From positions 1 to 57,863 of the IMG/VR virus record IMGVR_UViG_3300037191_001144: a stretch of 57,863 nt of DNA. One strand, written 5' to 3'. This document shows, piece after piece, positions 52,627 through 57,863 of this stretch (position 1 is its first letter; each line of letters opens with the position of its first letter). A program made the translations under genes and the position numbers. Below the pieces are notes generated by a model. It was not told the origin of the DNA and searched no databases. It worked only from the letters and a program-made list of their open reading frames with translations. This DNA comes from a virus. Its lineage: Duplodnaviria > Caudoviricetes.

Positions 52627-55600
52627 TTATCTGCAAACATCAATTGCTGTTATAATTCCATTGTTCCCTACAAAAATAGGGTAATCATCCGTAGCCCCAA
52701 TACCTAATACCTTATACCACCCTGAAGGTAGCCAGTATGCAGAGGCGCAGGCCGTAGTATATACTCGGTCCCCTACCTCTAGGTCGTCTGGTTGAGCTCT
52801 GTTAGTTTTAAAGGTAAGGTTTACGCTCGTGTCGTTACATGCAGCAGCACTGCTAGAGTGTTGCTTTGTAGCTGTAAACGTATCGCAGTCCTCTGTGCAG
52901 TCACAGCAGGCGTCGGTTAAAGACGCTGCACTGTAGCAAAGATCAGCATTGAAATAGTCCCGTAAATCCCAGACCAAATACAGGTACTGGTTTACAATAG
53001 GTATGCTTGCGAAACTCTCTGTTGCCTGACTGACTCCAGTAGATGGGCTGCTAACACCCGTGATGCTAGCCATAGCGTTAATTAACGAAGATATATCCGT
53101 AGATGAATTAGTGTATAAAGTATTGGAAGATAGCCAGTTAAGGGTGTTTGTTCCTATAACAAAATCAAACGTGTCTGTCCCAGTTTTCTCTGTATTTAAA
53201 ACTAGATTCACTCCATCATAAGGGAAGATTCCAGAACCTCTCGGCCCAGACTGGGCATTGTAATATGCGGGAGAGGTAGCCTGGAAGTTTACAAGGAAGT
53301 TGTCTACAGGACTCGTAGTAGTCCCGTCGTTCCAGTAAAAGTTGCTATGTATAGAAGCGCCCTGATCGCCTGCAGATGTAAGAACTACAGACACAACTGT
53401 TATAAGAGTCTCCTCTACGCACGGCACGGTTATGTCAAAGTCTGAGGCTTCAGTAGGGGTGATTACAATATCTACTGTTGTAGGTTGAGGCGTTGTTTTG
53501 CTAATAGTAATAGACCCAGGGCTAGCAGCCGCAGTAACTGTTAATGGAATAGCTACTCCGTTCCAAGTTGCAGTAACAGCAATTTCTCCTACCGATACAT
53601 TAATGGGTATAACCACGTCCCCTACTGCCTCTCCAACATCTACCGTATATGATAGCACAGTGTTCTTGCCCGTGTATGCTAGAGTTACCCCACAAGGTAT
53701 TGGAGGGGCAACTAGAGGAAGCTGTATGCTGTTGGCCGTAAGAACGTACTCGTTCATGTACGGGTCGTATGCGCCTAGCTTCTGCGTAGTAAGCTTATCA
53801 TAAAACAGATCACGAAACCACGACTCCATACCTAAACTAGATATCTCTTCTAGCTGCTGTCCGCGACCGTCTCCTATAAGCTTTATTACTGCCCCACGTT
53901 TAGCGTCAGTAAAGAACATATTCTGTCCCCACTCAGAAAAGCTTTCTGGATTAAAGCTAATGCCAAAGTCTTCTACTCTAGCTATCTGCTGTCCCAAAAC
54001 GTATGGCACAGAGGTTAGTGCGCCTCCACCACCCGCGTCAGACAGAAGGTCTTTTCCCACCATGACGTAAGAAATTTTATCCTCCTGTAAAACAAGCACG
54101 TCCGTAGACATACCGTGTAATACCTGAATAGGTCCAAAGCTTTCGTCGCAGGTTTTATAGTTAGCCTGTCCAAGGTTAAAAACATTTAGGTTGTTTACAT
54201 TAGAGTTGTCGTTAAACACCCCGCTATATGTAATATCATTAACACGATCCGCTTCTACGAAGTCCTGCCCTAAAACAGACGTTGTCCTTTCCCCTAAATA
54301 GAAAGGGCGCCCAGACATACTATCCAGTATACGGTAGCTTTCTACCCCGTTCCCAAAACTGTAACAATTAGAAAAAGCCGTTGTAATAAGAGCGGGATCT
54401 GAAGACGTTTGGTCCTGGTTCCCCGCAGCTATCTGCTCTGCGGTACCTCCCATATGCAGATCGTTTTCAATCTTATACATCTGAGAAGACTCAAAGAATA
54501 CGTCTGCCCCTATCGCCTCAGGCTGAGTCTCCCACACAATTAAGCTGTTTGCCCTCTGAACGATAATCTCAACACTTAAATTAGACCTCTTGCCTCTACA
54601 CTTATCTAGTTGAGACTGGATGGTAAGAAAAATAGGGCAGTCAGCCCCAGAGCCTGTATACTTCTCAAAATAAATATCTGTGCTGCTGCATGATCGAGCA
54701 GGCGCAGCGGCTGTAGCGCAAGCGCTGTCACTACCTCTTATCCCTGTGTCGGTGCCAGAAACAGTACCGTTAAGACTGATATTATTAAAGTTTAAAACAA
54801 ACGTGCCAAAGTTATTCTCACTACCTACCGTAATATCTATAAGGTTTGCTCGGTACCAGTCATAGAAAGAATCGTAGTCCGCATCCGCGACGAAAGTCTT
54901 ACTGAATTGATAATCTACTCCTGGGCAATCGTAGCTTTTATGATCCCTATCTATAGACCAGTCTATCTGTATAACAGATCCGCTAGGGACAGTATAGTTA
55001 GTACCACTATCAGTTATTGGATACCTTACCTTAGGGTTGTCGTCACAACTAGTACTATTACTAGTTGAGCTCCTAGTTCCAGATGTAATTGTGGCGTTTT
55101 CATCTTCACTTACAATCCATCCCCTAGGAAGCATCTCCATATATAGTCCCGCTAATTCACCACCGCCCAGGAAATCGCTCGACTGTGCCGCTATGTCCAA
55201 CACCGTTGCTGTCACATAAGAGTTTACCGCACCGTTGGTGTCTCTCTTAACGATAAGGGTATCTCCCGTCTGAACTTTTGTTTGGTTCTCTCCCTCAAGT
55301 CTAAAAAAGACATGGCTATCCGAATCTCTTTTATATGAGATATTAGAGTACACCGTATTATAGTTTCCCGCGCTAGGCTGGCATACAAACTTATAGTTAG
55401 TCGCCCAAGATGGTGGGATCTGTACTGTAGGAATAGTTACCTTTATCTGATTCTTATCGCTAGAAGTGTTTGGGTCAAAAAACACGGTGTTGCTACGAGA
55501 AACAAGGGCCGTAGTAGACCTCCCGTAAGTATCCATATAAACAATCCCTATCTCATAGTCTCTATTGCTGTGTAAGCTTCTAATAGAGGCTGTGCTTCTT

Positions 55601-57405
55601 AAGTCAACACTACCTGAGTTAAACTGGAACTTCTCCGCGAACACATTGTTATCACTTCCCACTGGATTATACGTATACCGCATAGCTGGGAGATCCAGAG
55701 ATAAGACATCTCCTGTAACAGAGATCCCAAAGCCCTGATTGTAAGAGCAGTTAGTCCGCCCATAAAAATCTTTTTCCCAAACGCCAGTGGGCGAAGCGCA
55801 AGTATATGCGGCCCCAGGTGGCTGAAGGTATGTGTTAAATCTATCCGTTAAAGAAGTGCCCTGGTCTGACGTAGTAAGGGGGTTCATATTAACATCTAGC
55901 ACAGTCCCTATAGCGTTTTGAAACTCGACACTATTTGCAAAAGCACTTACGTCATCTACAAAATCTTGCTGTAAAGTTACAGATACCGTAAAGGTTTCAA
56001 GAGGGTTACCTGGCCATAGGTCAGGATCGAACCACCCATCACATGTCCAGGGGGTACTTGAAGTAGAATAAAAACCTTGGTGGGCGATTTCTAAACTAAA
56101 AAACACAGTAGTCCCTGATTTAAGCTCTGCTTTAGAATCTTCAAAATCAAAAGATATTTTGTTGTTTACGCCAGTGCTGTTATACTGGCTACATACCACC
56201 AGATATGCAGTGCCATTTGTTATAGTAGGTTCGTCATCGACGACTTGAGTGGTGATAGAAGAGCTGATCCCCTCTGTTGTATATGCTAGATTTAAAGCGT
56301 TTCCTAAGCTGTCAGTTAAATTATATCCATCAACATAGTTTCCGTACATAAGGCGATTACCCATAATAGTCTGGGCCTGCGCTGTGCGAGGAACATTGTC
56401 ATACAGCCTAAGAAGCTCGGACGTAAGTAGCGTAGTAAAAATTTTACTGTTATTAAAGCGTATAGTACGTAGGCTGTTATCACCCCACCCCTGGTCCTCT
56501 TTATTAAAGTTTTCTATAACAAAAAGAGTAGAGTCACCTGCTAACTTAAAGATTAGCTCTACCTCTGTAACGTGTTTTGACCCTGTATTAAAAGATACGT
56601 CTGCTCCGTTATATCGGTTCTCCATCCCCGAGTTATTAAAGTCAGAAGTGCTAAATGCAAAAACTCCTGGAGAAAATGCGGATAAAGAATATAGTGAAGT
56701 TGCGCTATACTCACCGTTGAGGTATCTGTATCTATAGGCAAAAGAAATAAACCTATCTAACATAAAGTTCTCCTCCCCCTCTAAGACTAGAGAGACCGTT
56801 GGAGAAGCGACCTCTGAACCCTGAAATCCTGGGGGCCTCTGTATAACGCTTATATCTTCTTCTTTAAGCTTATCTACGTGAGCCGCAGAAGGAGTAGGGT
56901 ATGAGGAGTTAACGTTTATTTTGCGGGGAGGGTTTAAGTTGTCTGTAAAGAAAAGCAGGTCCCCAACTAAATTAACTCCTGTAATAAGATATGCAGGATT
57001 AAAGTTTAAAGTGCTCGCTGTTCCTGAGCCTAATCCCCCATTGGTGCTAATGACATGGTACCGAAGAGTCTGGCTTGTCGTGTTGTATGAGACGATCATA
57101 TCTAACGGGGCCTTACTGGTAGCGTTTTTTCTCTGGTGTACAAACCAGTACATAGTCTCCGTCATCCCGTCCTCAAAAGCCCCAATACACTGAGGCGTAG
57201 ATACTTGAGACGATAAGGCAAGGCCGTTATATGACAGCGTAGTAAGCTGAGTATTCCCCTTAGAGTTCTCTACAGCCCCCACCTCGGAGAGCTCCGTAGA
57301 GCCTAGGCGTACATTTAACGCATCGACATACTCTCCAGGGGGGATAAGGCGCTCATCGAACGACTTATTCATTCGCCCTTTAATAAAGTTTCTTAATAGC
57401 TTCAT
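52627..57405 (-). CDS. Tail nozzle/stabilisation protein (tail tubular B / P22 gp10-like)
   Basis: FIKGRMNKSFDERLIPPGEYVDALNVR, LFFTDNLNPPRKIN, GNRLMYGNYVDGY, FGISFNPESF, FFTDAKRGAV. Confidence 0.72.
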   Translation of the reverse strand: MKLLRNFIKGRMNKSFDERLIPPGEYVDALNVRLGSTELSEVGAVENSKGNTQLTTLSYNGLALSSQVSTPQCIGAFEDGMTETMYWFVHQRKNATSKAPLDMIVSYNTTSQTLRYHVISTNGGLGSGTASTLNFNPAYLITGVNLVGDLLFFTDNLNPPRKINVNSSYPTPSAAHVDKLKEEDISVIQRPPGFQGSEVASPTVSLVLEGEENFMLDRFISFAYRYRYLNGEYSATSLYSLSAFSPGVFAFSTSDFNNSGMENRYNGADVSFNTGSKHVTEVELIFKLAGDSTLFVIENFNKEDQGWGDNSLRTIRFNNSKIFTTLLTSELLRLYDNVPRTAQAQTIMGNRLMYGNYVDGYNLTDSLGNALNLAYTTEGISSSITTQVVDDEPTITNGTAYLVVCSQYNSTGVNNKISFDFEDSKAELKSGTTVFFSLEIAHQGFYSTSSTPWTCDGWFDPDLWPGNPLETFTVSVTLQQDFVDDVSAFANSVEFQNAIGTVLDVNMNPLTTSDQGTSLTDRFNTYLQPPGAAYTCASPTGVWEKDFYGRTNCSYNQGFGISVTGDVLSLDLPAMRYTYNPVGSDNNVFAEKFQFNSGSVDLRSTASIRSLHSNRDYEIGIVYMDTYGRSTTALVSRSNTVFFDPNTSSDKNQIKVTIPTVQIPPSWATNYKFVCQPSAGNYNTVYSNISYKRDSDSHVFFRLEGENQTKVQTGDTLIVKRDTNGAVNSYVTATVLDIAAQSSDFLGGGELAGLYMEMLPRGWIVSEDENATITSGTRSSTSNSTSCDDNPKVRYPITDSGTNYTVPSGSVIQIDWSIDRDHKSYDCPGVDYQFSKTFVADADYDSFYDWYRANLIDITVGSENNFGTFVLNFNNISLNGTVSGTDTGIRGSDSACATAAAPARSCSSTDIYFEKYTGSGADCPIFLTIQSQLDKCRGKRSNLSVEIIVQRANSLIVWETQPEAIGADVFFESSQMYKIENDLHMGGTAEQIAAGNQDQTSSDPALITTAFSNCYSFGNGVESYRILDSMSGRPFYLGERTTSVLGQDFVEADRVNDITYSGVFNDNSNVNNLNVFNLGQANYKTCDESFGPIQVLHGMSTDVLVLQEDKISYVMVGKDLLSDAGGGGALTSVPYVLGQQIARVEDFGISFNPESFSEWGQNMFFTDAKRGAVIKLIGDGRGQQLEEISSLGMESWFRDLFYDKLTTQKLGAYDPYMNEYVLTANSIQLPLVAPPIPCGVTLAYTGKNTVLSYTVDVGEAVGDVVIPINVSVGEIAVTATWNGVAIPLTVTAAASPGSITISKTTPQPTTVDIVITPTEASDFDITVPCVEETLITVVSVVLTSAGDQGASIHSNFYWNDGTTTSPVDNFLVNFQATSPAYYNAQSGPRGSGIFPYDGVNLVLNTEKTGTDTFDFVIGTNTLNWLSSNTLYTNSSTDISSLINAMASITGVSSPSTGVSQATESFASIPIVNQYLYLVWDLRDYFNADLCYSAASLTDACCDCTEDCDTFTATKQHSSSAAACNDTSVNLTFKTNRAQPDDLEVGDRVYTTACASAYWLPSGWYKVLGIGATDDYPIFVGNNGIITAIDVCR

Positions 57406-57406
57406 A

Positions 57407-57862
57407 CTACTTTAACCATTTATCTTGCCCGCGCAAATTCATTAGGAGACGACCTGGGTGGATATTACTTAATCTAATCTTCGCGTTACGAAGGAGAGAG
57501 GACTTGTCTTTCCGTGCTCTATTGACAATATATTCCTGTACCCCTATCTGACTATTCAAGATAGAAAACTTTATGTAAGCATATATAAACTCTTCGAAAA
57601 GTTTATTTACCTGTATAGGAGTTTTTGATCCTGTTCTCATCCCATCGGATACATACTCTAAAAGTATATCCGCTCCCGAAACCCCCGAGCTAAAGTTTAT
57701 TACTCCGTTAGCTTTATCTATACGGAACGTAGGGTTTATATTTGCCGTCTCGGTGTTCAACCCAAAGCGCGTAGGGGGGGAGTCGAAGTACCATATGCCG
57801 TCACAGCAGAACCCAAGCGTGTTATTGTAGGGGCCTCCGTTAAGGTAGATACTTCTTTTGGT
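57407..57862 (-). CDS. Tail adaptor/ring structural protein (5' end outside window)
   Basis: Frame is open to the window edge (TKRSIYLNGG...FGLNTETAN...LEYVSDG...RNAKIRLSNI). Confidence 0.6.
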   Translation of the reverse strand, partial: TKRSIYLNGGPYNNTLGFCCDGIWYFDSPPTRFGLNTETANINPTFRIDKANGVINFSSGVSGADILLEYVSDGMRTGSKTPIQVNKLFEEFIYAYIKFSILNSQIGVQEYIVNRARKDKSSLLRNAKIRLSNIHPGRLLMNLRGQDKWLK

Positions 57863-57863
57863 A

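Noticed and set aside
36934-57193. Numerous + strand ORFs antisense to tail and ejection genes, and similar antisense ORFs elsewhere
   Set aside because: S/L/F-rich shadow frames fully overlapping well-supported genes on the opposite strand.
1-57863. Stop-codon reassignment or prophage context
   Set aside because: Long genes are intact in the standard code; no integrase, repressor cassette or flanking host genes are visible.

Overview
This is most of a lytic, probably podovirus-like dsDNA phage genome with a Bacteroidota (Flavobacteriia-like) host. The host call rests on many TAnnTTTG -7 promoter boxes, a T9SS type-B sorting domain and a BT4734/VirE-type primase. The gene set, including phage GroEL/GroES, is reminiscent of Cellulophaga phi38:1-like marine phages; this is recollection, not a database result. 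Minus strand 1-19.7 kb holds capsid, scaffold, portal, terminase, lysis genes, a surface-protein cassette and chaperonins. Plus strand 20.2-36.4 kb holds small early genes, then recombination and replication genes. Minus strand 36.4-57.9 kb holds a 3707-aa polyvalent virion protein, ejection proteins and tail genes. The standout feature is the early region (20.5-27.6 kb), where nine structured RNAs sit at gene boundaries: three type I hammerhead ribozymes, three copies of a covarying 47-nt three-way-junction RNA with a 6+6 bp tRNA-like stack, and three 8/4 tRNA-like RNAs. Six of the nine are followed by the same ~25-nt translation leader. This suggests an 'RNA punctuation' system that cuts, and possibly circularises, the early transcript into gene-sized units. 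All protein calls come from motif recognition by eye; no searches were run.
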